Shown piece after piece: positions 1 through 10,715 of a DNA stretch of 64,000 bases. Under the pieces are notes generated by a model. That model had not been told where the DNA came from, searched no databases, and was given only the letters and a program-made list of their open reading frames with translations. Origin of the DNA: Thermoproteota archaeon (GTDB taxonomy: Archaea; Thermoproteota; Bathyarchaeia; Bathyarchaeales; Bathyarchaeaceae); contig JBHORG010000001.1 of the NCBI GenBank assembly GCA_042565955.1, positions 22,230-86,229 on the forward strand, read 5' to 3'. Each line of letters opens with the position of its first letter. Within the stretch, counting starts at the first letter, position 1. Position numbers and translations under genes: made by a program.

Positions 1-36
1 ATGGCGAAAAAGTGATGGGAACAATTATAGAGAAAG

Positions 37-1146
37 GTGAAAAAAATGGATGATGTTATTGGAGACCGGAAAGCGGACCATATAGAGATCTGTCTTAAGG
101 AAAATGTTCAATCCCGAAGAGTAACTACTGGTTTTGAAGATGTTCATCTTATCCACAAAGCTCTTCCAGAAATAGAACGTGAAAAAATTGACCCCTCAAC
201 AACCGTTTTTGGCTACAAGTTCTCTGCCCCCTTCTTTGTTGGAGCCATGACTGGAGGCACCCTAAAAGCAACAAGAATAAACACTGCTATAGCTGAAGCG
301 GTAGAGGAACTTAACCTTGGTATGGGTGTCGGAAGCCAAAGAATTGCAATCGACAATCCAAAAGTTGAAAATTCATTTAGCATAATTAGAGAGAAAGCGC
401 CAACTGCATTCATCTTAGCCAACATTGGAGGACCACAACTCGTTACTAAATACGGTGTAAATGAAGCGAAAAAGGCCGTTGAGATGGTAAAAGCCAATGC
501 CTTAGCAATCCATTTAAATGCATTACAAGAGGCAGTGCAATCCGAAGGTGACACAAACTACTCAAACCTTCTCCAAAACATTGGCAAACTTACCCAACAG
601 TTGGATGTCCCAGTTGTTGTTAAAGAAACTGGTGCAGGAATAGCAACAGAAGATGCAATAATGCTTGAAGCAGCTGGTGTTGCAGGAATTGATGTAGCTG
701 GGGTTGGAGGTACCAGTTGGGCAGCTGTTGAGTATTACCGAGCTAAAGCTCGGCAAGATGATTCTAGTCAAGGACTGCGGGAAACTTTCTGGGATTGGGG
801 TATACCTACAGCAGTGAGTCTAGTAGAAACGGTCAAGTCAGTCAATTTGCCCGTAATAGCTTCAGGCGGGATACGAACTGGAATAGATGTAATAAAATCT
901 TTAGCTCTAGGTGCAAGTTTGGTTAGCGCTACACATCCGTTTCTAGGTCCAGCCACAAAATCTTCGGAAGATGTTAAGAAGGCGCTAAGGCAATTGGTTG
1001 GAGAAGTGAGAAATACAATGTTTCTTGTAGGTGCAAATTCAATTCCAAAGTTGCAGAACGTTCCAGTTGTATTAGTTGGAAAGACTGCAGAATGGTTAAA
1101 ACTGCGGGGTTTTCAACCTGAAATATACGCGAGGAGAAAAGAATGA
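37..1146 (+). CDS. fni: Isopentenyl-diphosphate delta-isomerase, type 2 (FMN-dependent)
   Basis: 369-aa ORF with IDI-2-like TIM-barrel motifs (FVGAMTGG, VKETGAGI, SGGIRTG). Its stop overlaps the next start as ATGA. GTG at 37 or ATG at 46 are both possible starts. Confidence 0.9.
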   Translation: MKKMDDVIGDRKADHIEICLKENVQSRRVTTGFEDVHLIHKALPEIEREKIDPSTTVFGYKFSAPFFVGAMTGGTLKATRINTAIAEAVEELNLGMGVGSQRIAIDNPKVENSFSIIREKAPTAFILANIGGPQLVTKYGVNEAKKAVEMVKANALAIHLNALQEAVQSEGDTNYSNLLQNIGKLTQQLDVPVVVKETGAGIATEDAIMLEAAGVAGIDVAGVGGTSWAAVEYYRAKARQDDSSQGLRETFWDWGIPTAVSLVETVKSVNLPVIASGGIRTGIDVIKSLALGASLVSATHPFLGPATKSSEDVKKALRQLVGEVRNTMFLVGANSIPKLQNVPVVLVGKTAEWLKLRGFQPEIYARRKE

Positions 1147-2144
1147 GTCGCTTGTCATCTCAGATAGGTGAATCAGCAAAAAAAGTGAACACTTTCATTG
1201 AGAAAGTTGTTGACATCGAGAGTGAGCCCAAGCTGCTATACAAAGCCTCCCGCCAGATAATAGATGCTGGAGGAAAACGGCTAAGGCCTTATCTAGTTTT
1301 GAAAAGCTGCAAGCTAGTAAACGGAAGGGAAAAAGATGCGATTCCAACAGCGGCAGCTTTAGAACTGCTTCACACTTTTACTCTTATTCACGATGATATT
1401 ATGGATCAAGATGAGAAGAGGCGCGGAGTTCCCTCGGTTCACACTCAATGGGGAGTACCAATCGCCATAGTAGCAGGAGACCTGCTCTTCGCTAAGGTCT
1501 ATGAGGCAATCACCAACTATACAGACCCCAAACATGTAACTCCCACACGGATACTTCAAGTAATTAAGGAAATCAGTGAGGCAACCGTAGCTCTATGCGA
1601 AGGTCAAACAAGAGACATGATGTTTGAAATGAAAGAGACTGTTTCTGAGGAGGAATACCTCGAAATGGTCATCGGCAAAACCGCTGCACTGTTTGAAACG
1701 TCTGCAAGATCCGGTGGACTCTTAGGTGGCGCAACTAGAAAACAAGCAGAATGTCTTGGAATGTTTGGGCGCTACTCAGGTATCGCGTTTCAGATAATCG
1801 ATGATGTTTTGGCTTTGACTGCAGACGAGAAAATTCTCAAAAAGCCTGTTGGAAATGACATTCGCGAAGGAAAACGAACCCTGATAGTTGTTCATGCCCT
1901 ATCCAAGGCTTCAAAGTATCAAAGGAAAAAGATTCTTGAGAGCCTAGGAAACAAGGATGCGTCTCCTGAAGAAATACGAAAAACAATTGATATGATTAAT
2001 TCTTTGGGGTCAATTGATTATGCCAAAAAGTTGGCAGAAGATTACATCGAACGATCCAAAGAAGCGTTGTCTATCTTTTCTGCATCCGAAGATAGAGAAG
2101 ACCTCATAAGCCTCTCAGACCTCATTTTCGCCAGACAACATTAA
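1143..2144 (+). CDS. idsA: Geranylgeranyl diphosphate synthase (trans-polyprenyl diphosphate synthase family)
   Basis: Two Asp-rich motifs (HDDIMDQD and IIDDVLAL) in a 333-aa protein, coupled to fni by an ATGA overlap. Confidence 0.85.
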   Translation: MSRLSSQIGESAKKVNTFIEKVVDIESEPKLLYKASRQIIDAGGKRLRPYLVLKSCKLVNGREKDAIPTAAALELLHTFTLIHDDIMDQDEKRRGVPSVHTQWGVPIAIVAGDLLFAKVYEAITNYTDPKHVTPTRILQVIKEISEATVALCEGQTRDMMFEMKETVSEEEYLEMVIGKTAALFETSARSGGLLGGATRKQAECLGMFGRYSGIAFQIIDDVLALTADEKILKKPVGNDIREGKRTLIVVHALSKASKYQRKKILESLGNKDASPEEIRKTIDMINSLGSIDYAKKLAEDYIERSKEALSIFSASEDREDLISLSDLIFARQH

Positions 2145-2166
2145 GCTTGAAACTAAGTGGCTTACC

Positions 2167-3915
2167 TTGAATCCGAAAGAAGAAAAAGAAGCAAGAGAAA
2201 TAATCAAAAAAATTGTTCTCCTAAATGCACTTCATTACAACGGAAAAGCTACCCAAAAACCAGTTTTTGGTAAACTACTCGGTGAACATCCGCAGTTTAG
2301 GAAACAAGTAAAAGATATTTCCCCAATTATCAGCGAGATTGTACAAGAAATCAACGAGATGCCCTTAGAGAAACAAAGAGAAATTATCGTAGAGAAGTGG
2401 CCTGAGGCTTTAATTGAAAGGAAAACAGAAGAAACAAAGCAGCTTCCGCCTCTACCAAACGCCAATAAGTATGATCGGGTTGTTACCAGGTTTTCACCAA
2501 ACCCAGATTTTGTTTTGCATCTTGGCTCGACTAGGGCGATACTGCTTAGTTACGATTATGCAAAAATGTATGATGGCATATTTTATCTTCGTTTTGAGGA
2601 TACGGATTCTAAAACTAAGAAACCAAAATTGGAGTTCTATGAAGCTGTTCGAGAGGATTTGAAGTGGTTAGGTTGTAAGTGGGATGCCGAAATCATTCAA
2701 AGCGACAGACTAGAAATATATTACGAGTATGCTGAAAAACTACTCCTTGCTGGTAACGCTTACATTTGCAATTGTGAACGGGAAGTTTTTCGGGAAAAAT
2801 CAAAAAATTGTCAATCATGTCCGTGTCGAAAATTAACGAGTAAAGAGAATATGCTTCGCTGGAACCAGATGTTGGATGGGACTTATGGTGAAGGTGAGAC
2901 TGTGGTTCGAGTTAAAACCGATTTGGGTCATCCCAATCCTGCTGTTCGAGATTGGCCTGCGTTGAGAATTGTTGATATCGAAAAGTATCCTCATCCCCGA
3001 GTGGGTACAAAATATCGTGTTTGGCCGCTCTATAACTTCTCTACGGGCATTGATGATCACCTGATGGGCATAACACATATCATACGAGGAAAGGAGCATC
3101 TCACCAATCAGGCTAGACAAGAATATTTGTACAAACATTTTAGCTGGTCGTATCCAGAGACAATTCATTATGGCAGACTGAAGATAACCGGGGCGTCTCT
3201 TAGCAAGTCAGAAATGGTGAAAGGCATGAATAGCGGATTATACAAACATTGGGATGATCCTCGACTTGCCACACTTTCAGCCCTGAAAAAAAGGGGAATA
3301 ACCGCAGAGTCCATTCACTGTTTGATAATTGATGTGGGTCCAAAGCCGCAAGATGTGGTTTTAAGCTGGAAAAACTTGTATGCTCATAACAGAAAACAGA
3401 TCGACCCAACTGCAAAACGGTTCTTCTTTGTGAGCGATCCCGTGAGATTAGTTGTAGCAAATATTCCGCACGCTTTTAGGGCTAAGATTCCTCTGTATCC
3501 AGACCACCCCGAAAAGGGATTTCGTCGTTTTGAGGTTAAGCCTTTGAATAGAAAAGTAGCCTTTCTTGTTTCAAAGGACGATATGGATCTTATTCAAGGT
3601 AAGAAGGCTGTGCGCTTAATGGATCTATTCAATATTAAAGTTGAAAAAATTGAAGAAGATATGATTAAAGCCAACTTTCTAGGAGAATCTTACCCAGAAG
3701 CTAAGAAACTTAGGGCTCCGTTGATTCATTGGATTCCTATTGATAGCGGTGTTCCATGCGAAGTTGTGATGCCTAATGCTTCTGTGGCTAAAGGAATTGC
3801 AGAAGAGGCATGCAGGATGTTGAAGGCAAACGAGATCGTACAGTTTCAGCGTTTTGGTTTTGTTCGAGTTGAGGACATTGATGATAAGTTGACCGTATAT
3901 TTTGCTCATCGTTAA
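2167..3915 (+). CDS. gltX: Glutamyl-tRNA synthetase (archaeal type)
   Basis: Class I aaRS signatures HLGSTR (HIGH-like) and LSKSEM (KMSKS-like). 582 aa, TTG start. Confidence 0.9.
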   Translation: MNPKEEKEAREIIKKIVLLNALHYNGKATQKPVFGKLLGEHPQFRKQVKDISPIISEIVQEINEMPLEKQREIIVEKWPEALIERKTEETKQLPPLPNANKYDRVVTRFSPNPDFVLHLGSTRAILLSYDYAKMYDGIFYLRFEDTDSKTKKPKLEFYEAVREDLKWLGCKWDAEIIQSDRLEIYYEYAEKLLLAGNAYICNCEREVFREKSKNCQSCPCRKLTSKENMLRWNQMLDGTYGEGETVVRVKTDLGHPNPAVRDWPALRIVDIEKYPHPRVGTKYRVWPLYNFSTGIDDHLMGITHIIRGKEHLTNQARQEYLYKHFSWSYPETIHYGRLKITGASLSKSEMVKGMNSGLYKHWDDPRLATLSALKKRGITAESIHCLIIDVGPKPQDVVLSWKNLYAHNRKQIDPTAKRFFFVSDPVRLVVANIPHAFRAKIPLYPDHPEKGFRRFEVKPLNRKVAFLVSKDDMDLIQGKKAVRLMDLFNIKVEKIEEDMIKANFLGESYPEAKKLRAPLIHWIPIDSGVPCEVVMPNASVAKGIAEEACRMLKANEIVQFQRFGFVRVEDIDDKLTVYFAHR

Positions 3916-3937
3916 AAATTTGTTCTTAGTATTACCT

Positions 3938-3981
3938 GGTTTTTCTCAAAAAGAGTTGATTTCAACAATGAAGTATTATAG
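3938..3981 (-). repeat. Dispersed conserved intergenic element, copy D
   Basis: Minus-strand reading is ctataatacttcattgttgaaatcaactctttttgagaaaaacc, which aligns with copies at 18794, 29182, 41561 and 53062. It lies 38 nt downstream of the small minus-strand ORF 4020..4262, in the gap convergent with gltX. Confidence 0.75.
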
Positions 3982-4019
3982 GGAGAATAATAGAAACGAA
4001 TTGGAATTTGTGTGAATGT

Positions 4020-4262
4020 TTACTTGTTATTGGTGAACAGTTCGGATAACATTTCGAAGAGTTCTTCGCCACCCTCAACTTTGGTAAAGAGGCCCCTTTC
4101 AGCCTTTAGAAGTTTTCCTGCTGTTTCACAGGTTCTTTTCCACTCCAGTTCTTTCCACATCATTCTATAGTTTTTGTGTTCTACCCATGCTCTAAATACG
4201 AGTACAGTGAACATGGCAATTGTAACCACGAGGTTTAGTATGTAAATATTCAGCAGATCCAA
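4020..4262 (-). CDS. Hypothetical small protein with one N-terminal hydrophobic helix
   Basis: 80-aa ORF with a TTG start and no recognisable family. Only ORF length and a TM-like segment (LNLVVTIAMFTVLVF) support it. Confidence 0.25.
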   Translation of the reverse strand: MDLLNIYILNLVVTIAMFTVLVFRAWVEHKNYRMMWKELEWKRTCETAGKLLKAERGLFTKVEGGEELFEMLSELFTNNK

Positions 4263-4645
4263 CTAAATCACCGCAATATGTATTGCTTAGCTTCTGTGGA
4301 TTCATAAGATTTATTACTGAAATGAATTCAATCAGTGTCTTGCTCTCACTAGGAAGCTTGCTCTGCATGTGTAAATCCCATTCATGTATCATCTCAAAGT
4401 GAGATAACCAAAATTTGATCTATCAGGGTGGCATGGTTCAAGCTTAGTGAGGGCACATTTTCAATTTATTTAGAAAAAATGGCTGGTCCTTTCGAAATTT
4501 TTCTAAATTCTACTATGTTTCGGTTTGCAACTCAAAAAAGTAACATAACTCTACATGCAAAAACTTGCAGCCTAAGCCTTCAGGTCGAAACATTCATAAA
4601 CCCTGTTTCCGATAAACTCAGCACTTAGAAATTAGGGTGAGGCAT

Positions 4646-5032
4646 ATGTCGAAACCGTTTTATGCAAAATTTGAGGTCCCCAATGAGGTGGTAGATGCAG
4701 CCTATGAAGCCCTGCAAATAGCCAACCAAACAGGATCTGTTAGAATAGGTACTAACGAAACAACAAAAGCTGTTGAAAGAGGTCAAGCAAAACTAGTAGT
4801 TATTGCAGAAGATGTAGATCCACCAGAAGTTGTGGCACATCTTCCTCTCCTCTGTGAGGAACGTAAAATTCCTTATGTGTTTGTACCAAGCAGAGAAAAA
4901 CTTGGAGTTTCCTCAGGAATAGAAGTCCCTTCAGCTGCAGTTGCAATATCTACTGTTGGTGAAGCAGTGGCTTTGATAAAGGAAATCTCTAGGAGAATCG
5001 AGGAACTGAAACAGAAGGGCTCTAGTGAATGA
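4646..5032 (+). CDS. rpl7ae: Ribosomal protein L7Ae (K-turn binding)
   Basis: [14 protein letters not shown]... and [23 protein letters not shown] are typical L7Ae/L30e sequence. ATG at 4646 is preceded by GGTGAGG. It is the first gene of the conserved L7Ae-S28e-L24e operon. Confidence 0.9.
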   Translation: MSKPFYAKFEVPNEVVDAAYEALQIANQTGSVRIGTNETTKAVERGQAKLVVIAEDVDPPEVVAHLPLLCEERKIPYVFVPSREKLGVSSGIEVPSAAVAISTVGEAVALIKEISRRIEELKQKGSSE

Positions 5033-5250
5033 GCAAGAAAGATGCGCCTACCGAGCTAGTTCCTGCCGAAGTCATTCAGGTCGTTGGTAGAACAGGGCTT
5101 ACTGGCGAGATTACTCAGGTCCGGGTCCGAGTACTTGAAGGAATGGACAAAGGGCGTATCATAACAAGAAACGTAAAGGGTCCAGTACGGGCCAACGATG
5201 TTCTTGTTCTGAGAGATACTGAACGAGAAGCGAAAAGACTCAGAAGATAA
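5029..5250 (+). CDS. rps28e: Ribosomal protein S28e
   Basis: [27 protein letters not shown]...RNVKGPVR is diagnostic S28e sequence. ATGA overlap with L7Ae. Confidence 0.9.
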   Translation: MSKKDAPTELVPAEVIQVVGRTGLTGEITQVRVRVLEGMDKGRIITRNVKGPVRANDVLVLRDTEREAKRLRR

Positions 5251-5267
5251 AAAAGGGGAATTATTAG

Positions 5268-5465
5268 GTGCCAAAGTCCAGAAATTGTTCTTTTTGCGGA
5301 CACGAGTTTCCTCCGGGCACAGGAATGATATACGTACGTAACGATGGGACAATATTATCATTCTGTTCCAACAAATGCAGAAAAAGCTCTGTTGATATGA
5401 AGCGGGACTCCCGGAAAATTAAGTGGACAAAATACTTCGGAAAAGAAGAAAAAGGAAGAGCTTAA
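5268..5465 (+). CDS. rpl24e: Ribosomal protein L24e
   Basis: [33 protein letters not shown] is an L24e zinc-ribbon-like sequence. Confidence 0.9.
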   Translation: MPKSRNCSFCGHEFPPGTGMIYVRNDGTILSFCSNKCRKSSVDMKRDSRKIKWTKYFGKEEKGRA

Positions 5466-5519
5466 CTGGAAGATCGGCGCTGTTATTCGGTAATTAACCA
5501 AGAGGCTTGGTGAACAACT

Positions 5520-6164
5520 GTGAACATTGTTATACTTGGTCCTCCAGGGGCGGGGAAGGGAACCTATGCCCGGCTTCTTTCAGAAAAATACACCATTCCC
5601 ACGATTTCTGTAGGAGACCTTTTTCGTAAAGCAATAACCGATGAAACTAAGCTAGGAAAGAGCGTAAAGAATTACTTGTCTAGTGGCGAACTTGTTCCTG
5701 ATAAAATAGTCATCGAGGTTGTAAAGAACCGACTCGAAGAAGAAGACTGCAAAAAGGGTTTTCTTCTTGATGGTTATCCTAGAACAGTTCCTCAAGCAGA
5801 AGCAATGATGAACTTTAATAAAATTGATGTTGCCTTTAATTTTGTTGTTCCTGACGATGTTATAGCATCTAGGATTGGTGGACGAAGAACATGCAGTAAA
5901 TGTGGAGCAATATTTCACTTAATAAATGTGCCACCAAAGGTTGAGGGAATCTGCGATATTTGCGGTGGAACACTTATTCAACGCGCAGACGAGAAACCAC
6001 AGATCATCAAAAACAGGTTAGAGATTTTTCGGGAAAAAACAAAACCCGTTGCTGACTATCTACGGACAAAAGGTCTGGTAGTTGACATTGATGCAAATTA
6101 CCCAATTGAAGAAATTGACAAAATAATCGATCAATGTGAAAACTATCTTCAGACTCTAAGATAG
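5520..6164 (+). CDS. adk: Adenylate kinase, bacterial-like long form with Zn-lid
   Basis: P-loop GPPGAGKGT and a lid with CSKCG...CDICGG. 214 aa, GTG start. Confidence 0.85.
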   Translation: MNIVILGPPGAGKGTYARLLSEKYTIPTISVGDLFRKAITDETKLGKSVKNYLSSGELVPDKIVIEVVKNRLEEEDCKKGFLLDGYPRTVPQAEAMMNFNKIDVAFNFVVPDDVIASRIGGRRTCSKCGAIFHLINVPPKVEGICDICGGTLIQRADEKPQIIKNRLEIFREKTKPVADYLRTKGLVVDIDANYPIEEIDKIIDQCENYLQTLR

Positions 6165-6247
6165 ACTTGTTACTCAACCAAGATAAACATACCAGTTTTT
6201 TGTTAATAACTGAGTAGAACCTAAAAGCCACCGTTTACTGAATTACC

Positions 6248-8041
6248 TTGGAGAATCCCCCTTTGCCAATAAGACAACCAATTGTTGCAGTTCTAGGTCA
6301 TATAGATACTGGAAAAACTAAACTGCTTGATAAAATCAGAAAAAGCAGTGTTCAAGATCGGGAAGTCGGAGGAATCACCCAACACATCGGTGCAAGCTAC
6401 TTTCCAGTTGATACTCTGGCCAAAATTTGCGGACCTCTATTGAAAGGACTGAAAACGGATGTGCGGCTTTCGGGATTACTTGTTATCGATACGCCCGGTC
6501 ATGAAGCCTTTGTTAACCTGAGAAAAAGGGGGGGTGCAGTCGCGGATATTTCGATTCTTGTAGTTGACGTTCTGAGGGGATTCGAAGCGCAGACCTACGA
6601 ATGTATTGAAATATTAAAAGAGAAAAAAACTCCTTTCCTAGTGGCGGCAAACAAGATTGATCGAGTACCCGGGTGGAAACCTAAGTTTGGGGAAACTTTT
6701 TCCTCATCTTATAAAAGCCAAGATCCATATGTTCGTCAAGCTCTAGATGAAAATCTTTACCGGATTATGGGAACTTTTTCTAGATTTGGTCTCAGAACCG
6801 ACAGATTCAACAATGTAACAGACTTTACAAAAACCATCGCCATTGTTCCCACAAGTGCCAAAACTGGAGAGGGCATACCTGAACTCTTAGCTGTTCTTAT
6901 AGGTTTAACCCGACAATATCTGCAATCCAGACTAAAAACAACAGAAGGACCAGCAAAAGGAACAGTTTTAGAGGTTAAAGAAGAACCTGGATTGGGCATC
7001 ACAACTAATGTGATTATTTATGATGGTATCCTTCAGAAGGGTGACCTTATAGTTGTTGGAGCCAAAGAAAAGCCAATTGTAACTAATATTCGTGCAGTTT
7101 TCTTGCCTAAGCCTTTGGACGAAATCAGAGACCCTCGTGATAAGTTTTCTTCTGTTGACTCTGTTTCAGCTGCTGCTGGAGTAAAGATTGCTGCACCAAA
7201 TCTTGAGGATGCATTAGCTGGTGCACCTTTGTATGTTGTTCCTTCTGAAGACCTTATTGAAGAGTATGTGAAACGTGTTTCAGAAGAGGTTGAGCAAATC
7301 AAGGTTGATACTGATTTGGATGGAGTGGTTTTAAAAACGGATGCTTTGGGATCTCTAGAGGCAATTGTAGAGAGTTTGAAACGAAGCAACGTTCCGATAA
7401 AGGTAGCTGATGTTGGTGATGTGTCTAAGCGTGATGTGACTGAAGCCTCAATTGTAAAAGAGCGTGAACCGCTTCATGGCGTTGTTTTGGCTTTCAACGT
7501 TAAAGTGTTGCCAGATGCTGAAGAAGAGGCAAGAAACCGGAACGTTCCTATTTTCAACCAAAAAACAATTTACAACCTCATTGATGAGTATCTTCAATGG
7601 TTAAAACAAGAGGATGAAGCTCGACTTGAAGAAGAATTTAATGTATTAGTCAAACCCGCTAAAGTTAAGTTTCTTCCGGGATATGTTTTCCGAAAAGCTA
7701 AACCCGCAGTTATTGGCGTTGATGTTTTGGCTGGGTGTATAAAACCCAGAACGGTTCTTGTCAAAGAAAACGGACGCAAAATCGGTGAAATTTTACAGAT
7801 TCAGGATAAAGGGAAAGCGGCATCAGAAGCCAATTTCGGTTCACAAGTAGCGGTTTCGGTAAGTAAAACAGTTGTGGGCCGCCACATTCAAGAGGGTGAG
7901 ATATTTTATGTTAAGGTGCCTGAAGCTCACGCAAAAGTGCTATTAACTAAGTTTGAAGACCGTTTGACATCTGAAGAAATTGAAGCATTAAACGAGTATA
8001 TCCAAATTATGCGGATCGAGTCCCCTTTTTGGGCGATTTAG
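6248..8041 (+). CDS. infB: Translation initiation factor aIF5B (IF2 homologue)
   Basis: GTPase motifs GHIDTGKT, DTPGH and NKID in a 597-aa domain layout typical of aIF5B. TTG start. Confidence 0.9.
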   Translation: MENPPLPIRQPIVAVLGHIDTGKTKLLDKIRKSSVQDREVGGITQHIGASYFPVDTLAKICGPLLKGLKTDVRLSGLLVIDTPGHEAFVNLRKRGGAVADISILVVDVLRGFEAQTYECIEILKEKKTPFLVAANKIDRVPGWKPKFGETFSSSYKSQDPYVRQALDENLYRIMGTFSRFGLRTDRFNNVTDFTKTIAIVPTSAKTGEGIPELLAVLIGLTRQYLQSRLKTTEGPAKGTVLEVKEEPGLGITTNVIIYDGILQKGDLIVVGAKEKPIVTNIRAVFLPKPLDEIRDPRDKFSSVDSVSAAAGVKIAAPNLEDALAGAPLYVVPSEDLIEEYVKRVSEEVEQIKVDTDLDGVVLKTDALGSLEAIVESLKRSNVPIKVADVGDVSKRDVTEASIVKEREPLHGVVLAFNVKVLPDAEEEARNRNVPIFNQKTIYNLIDEYLQWLKQEDEARLEEEFNVLVKPAKVKFLPGYVFRKAKPAVIGVDVLAGCIKPRTVLVKENGRKIGEILQIQDKGKAASEANFGSQVAVSVSKTVVGRHIQEGEIFYVKVPEAHAKVLLTKFEDRLTSEEIEALNEYIQIMRIESPFWAI

Positions 8042-8193
8042 TTTTTTTATGTACTTTTAGTTAATTGATTCCAAATCCACATGTTTTATTAAGTCTTAAT
8101 ATGCCCTATTTTTCTGTAATGAATCCGTAAACCAGTTCAATCAGTCAATTAGTCAGTGGATTAACTGAAAATGGGAGTAAATGTGAGGTCTAA

Positions 8194-9711
8194 ATGAAAA
8201 CAGATTCGAAACAGGTCAATGGACGAAAAGCCTCCGTTTTTAGAGAGGTATACCCGATTCATGAGCCCTACGTCTATGCTGCAATCGTTATTGAACCAAA
8301 GACTCATAGAATAAAGTATGAATTGATTGAACCCACACTCCTTGAACAAGAGGAAAAACAACTCAAAGAAATCAAGGCAATACTTGTTGAGGAAATCGAT
8401 GTTAACCTCAAAGAAATAGGAACTCGAGAAAAGGCTGAGGCATATCTGAAAACAAAGATTCGTGAAATCATCAATGATTACCGCCTTAAAATCGACGAAG
8501 ATTCCGTGGACAAATTCATATACTATATTATACGTGATTTCCTAGGTTACGGAAAAATAGATCCCCTCATGAAAGATCCCATGATCGAAGATATCTCAGC
8601 AGATGGAGTCAACATTCCAATATATATTTGGCATCGTAACTACGAGTCCCTTCCAACAAATATTCTCTTCAAAAACAGCACGGAATTAAACTCGTTCATA
8701 GTACGATTGGCTTACTTGTCAAAAAAGAACATCTCACTTGCAATGCCCATCCTTGACGCGTCTCTACCAGATGGTAGCCGAATTCAAATGACTTACGGAA
8801 GCGAGATTACGCGAAGAGGTTCAACGTTTACAATACGTCGTTTCCGTGTTGACCCACTCACAATATCTGATTTGATATCGTTTGGCACCCTTTCATCTGA
8901 GATGGCTGCATATTTCTGGTATGCAATTGAGAATAGAGCATCGTTTCTTGTGGCTGGAGGAGTTGCCTCGGGAAAAACGACTATACTTAATTGCTTTTCG
9001 ATGTTTATCAAGCCTGGACTAAAGCTGGTCAGCGTAGAAGACACTGCTGAGTTAAACTTGCCACATGAAAACTGGATTCCATCGGTTGCACGGACTGGTT
9101 TTGGTCACAATGAGAATGAAAATGGAGATATTACATTATTTGATCTTTTGAAAGCAGCAGTCAGGCAAAGACCAGACTACCTGATTATTGGTGAGGTTCG
9201 GGGAGAAGAAGCCTATACTCTTTTTCAAGCCATGGCAACTGGGCATCTGGGAATGGGAACAATCCACGGTGAATCTGCAAGTTCAGTTATTCACCGTTTG
9301 GAATCAGAGCCAATGAACATTCCACGATCGCTCTTGACAATGATTGATGCTATACCTGTTCAGTTGCGAACCGAAGTTGATGGAAAACCTGTTCGAAGAA
9401 CTCATGCAATAACAGAAATTGTGGGTTTAGATCCTAAAACAAGGGAACTGTTAACTCATGATGTGTATCGATGGGACGCAAGAAGTGATTCCTTTGTATA
9501 TTCTGGGCATAGCCACCTATTGGAAGAAAAGATGAAACGCAAGGGGCTAAACAAAAAAGAGCTTCAAAATGAGCTGTATCAACGAAAAACTGTTCTTGAT
9601 TGGATGGTAAAGAAGGGGATTCGCAAGTACACTGATGTTGTTTCGGTTATCAGAGAATATTATGCCGATCCTACCCGTGTCTTCCGAAAGGCTAGGTTGG
9701 AAAAATCATGA
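8194..9711 (+). CDS. Type IV pilus/secretion ATPase (archaeal PilB/ArlI-FlaI family)
   Basis: Walker A GGVASGKTT, Walker B/Asp box RPDYLIIGEVRGEEA and His box GHLGMGTIHG. ATGA overlap with the next gene. Confidence 0.85.
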   Translation: MKTDSKQVNGRKASVFREVYPIHEPYVYAAIVIEPKTHRIKYELIEPTLLEQEEKQLKEIKAILVEEIDVNLKEIGTREKAEAYLKTKIREIINDYRLKIDEDSVDKFIYYIIRDFLGYGKIDPLMKDPMIEDISADGVNIPIYIWHRNYESLPTNILFKNSTELNSFIVRLAYLSKKNISLAMPILDASLPDGSRIQMTYGSEITRRGSTFTIRRFRVDPLTISDLISFGTLSSEMAAYFWYAIENRASFLVAGGVASGKTTILNCFSMFIKPGLKLVSVEDTAELNLPHENWIPSVARTGFGHNENENGDITLFDLLKAAVRQRPDYLIIGEVRGEEAYTLFQAMATGHLGMGTIHGESASSVIHRLESEPMNIPRSLLTMIDAIPVQLRTEVDGKPVRRTHAITEIVGLDPKTRELLTHDVYRWDARSDSFVYSGHSHLLEEKMKRKGLNKKELQNELYQRKTVLDWMVKKGIRKYTDVVSVIREYYADPTRVFRKARLEKS

Positions 9712-10712
9712 CTGGAAGCAAACTGAGAAAGAAGTTTAAAAATTTTTATTTCAGAGCCAAGAATTCTTTCCTGGGCAGTTCCTCTTCAGAAAACAGTAGG
9801 TTTTCTCGATGGAAAGCGAGCCTTAGATTAGGCGCAACTAAACCGCAGGTTTTTGCTTATCAGCTTGTCGGAGGACAATCATCTAGGGTTCTTCCGTTAT
9901 TCACAGATCTTGCTTCCAGTTTAAAAAAGTCAGGGATGAAAAGTAACTTTAAAGCTTATGTTAGCACAACAATTCTGGCTAGTTTGTTGATGTCAGCTTC
10001 AATCATAATTGTTGTTCCAGTGCTTCTGTTGTTCATCTTTAACCTTTCTCTTGTTATGGCTCTTCTTTTTGGTGTGGGAATAAGTCTACTTGCTGGAGCT
10101 GTAACTGTGATTGCTTTCTATGTTTATCCCAGCTATCGAGCAGACGGTTTGAAAAGAGCGTTAGAAGATGATCTCCCTTTCACTACAGGTTTTATGTCAA
10201 TTTTAGCTGGGGCTGGTGTACCTCCAGATTTTATATGGCGAACTTTGGCTCAAGTTGACGATTCGTTAGCAGTTACTACGATGGCGAAAAATGTGGTTCG
10301 GGACGTAGAACTTTTTGGGTTAGATGTTATCTCAGCGCTGGAAAACATGTCCAAACGAACACCTTCTGAAAGATTCAAAGAGATGGTTGAAGGTTTTATT
10401 TCAGTAGTTCACTCAGGAGGCAACTTGGTGAAATATCTTAGAAACCGTTCACAGCAGTATATGAAACTAAAGGAGATTGCGCTGAAGCGTTTCTCTGATA
10501 GTCTTGCAGTTTTGGCGGAATTTTATGTTACTCTAATGGTGGCGGGATCCCTTATCTTTGTAGTTATGCTTGCGGTCATGTCAATGTTGGGTGGTGGAGG
10601 ATTTGGTCCGTTTGATTCTCGTCTTTTATTGCAGCTATTGACTTATCTCGGCTTGCCGATTGGCTCGGTAATATTTCTGGTAATATTAGATGTGATTTCA
10701 CCGAAGAGATGA
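9708..10712 (+). CDS. Polytopic membrane platform protein, T2SS-F/TadB-TadC/FlaJ-like (first half-size paralogue)
   Basis: 334 aa with a cytoplasmic helical domain flanked by TM helices. It sits immediately after the ATPase, and its half-size pairing with the next ORF resembles Tad systems. Confidence 0.7.
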   Translation: MTGSKLRKKFKNFYFRAKNSFLGSSSSENSRFSRWKASLRLGATKPQVFAYQLVGGQSSRVLPLFTDLASSLKKSGMKSNFKAYVSTTILASLLMSASIIIVVPVLLLFIFNLSLVMALLFGVGISLLAGAVTVIAFYVYPSYRADGLKRALEDDLPFTTGFMSILAGAGVPPDFIWRTLAQVDDSLAVTTMAKNVVRDVELFGLDVISALENMSKRTPSERFKEMVEGFISVVHSGGNLVKYLRNRSQQYMKLKEIALKRFSDSLAVLAEFYVTLMVAGSLIFVVMLAVMSMLGGGGFGPFDSRLLLQLLTYLGLPIGSVIFLVILDVISPKR

Positions 10713-10715
10713 TTT

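Noticed and set aside
4263-4636. Long non-coding stretch upstream of L7Ae: possible ncRNA or K-turn autoregulatory leader. It includes a 9-bp inverted repeat TTAGAAAAA...TTTTTCTAA (4470..4506) and the hairpin ATCTCA-aag-TGAGAT (4388..4402).
   Set aside because: I could not identify tandem G-A pairs of a K-turn or any C/D, H/ACA, SRP or RNase P signature. The AT-rich inverted repeats may be fortuitous. The 66-aa ORF 4428..4628 has no support. This region deserves RNA-seq, but there is no supportable call.
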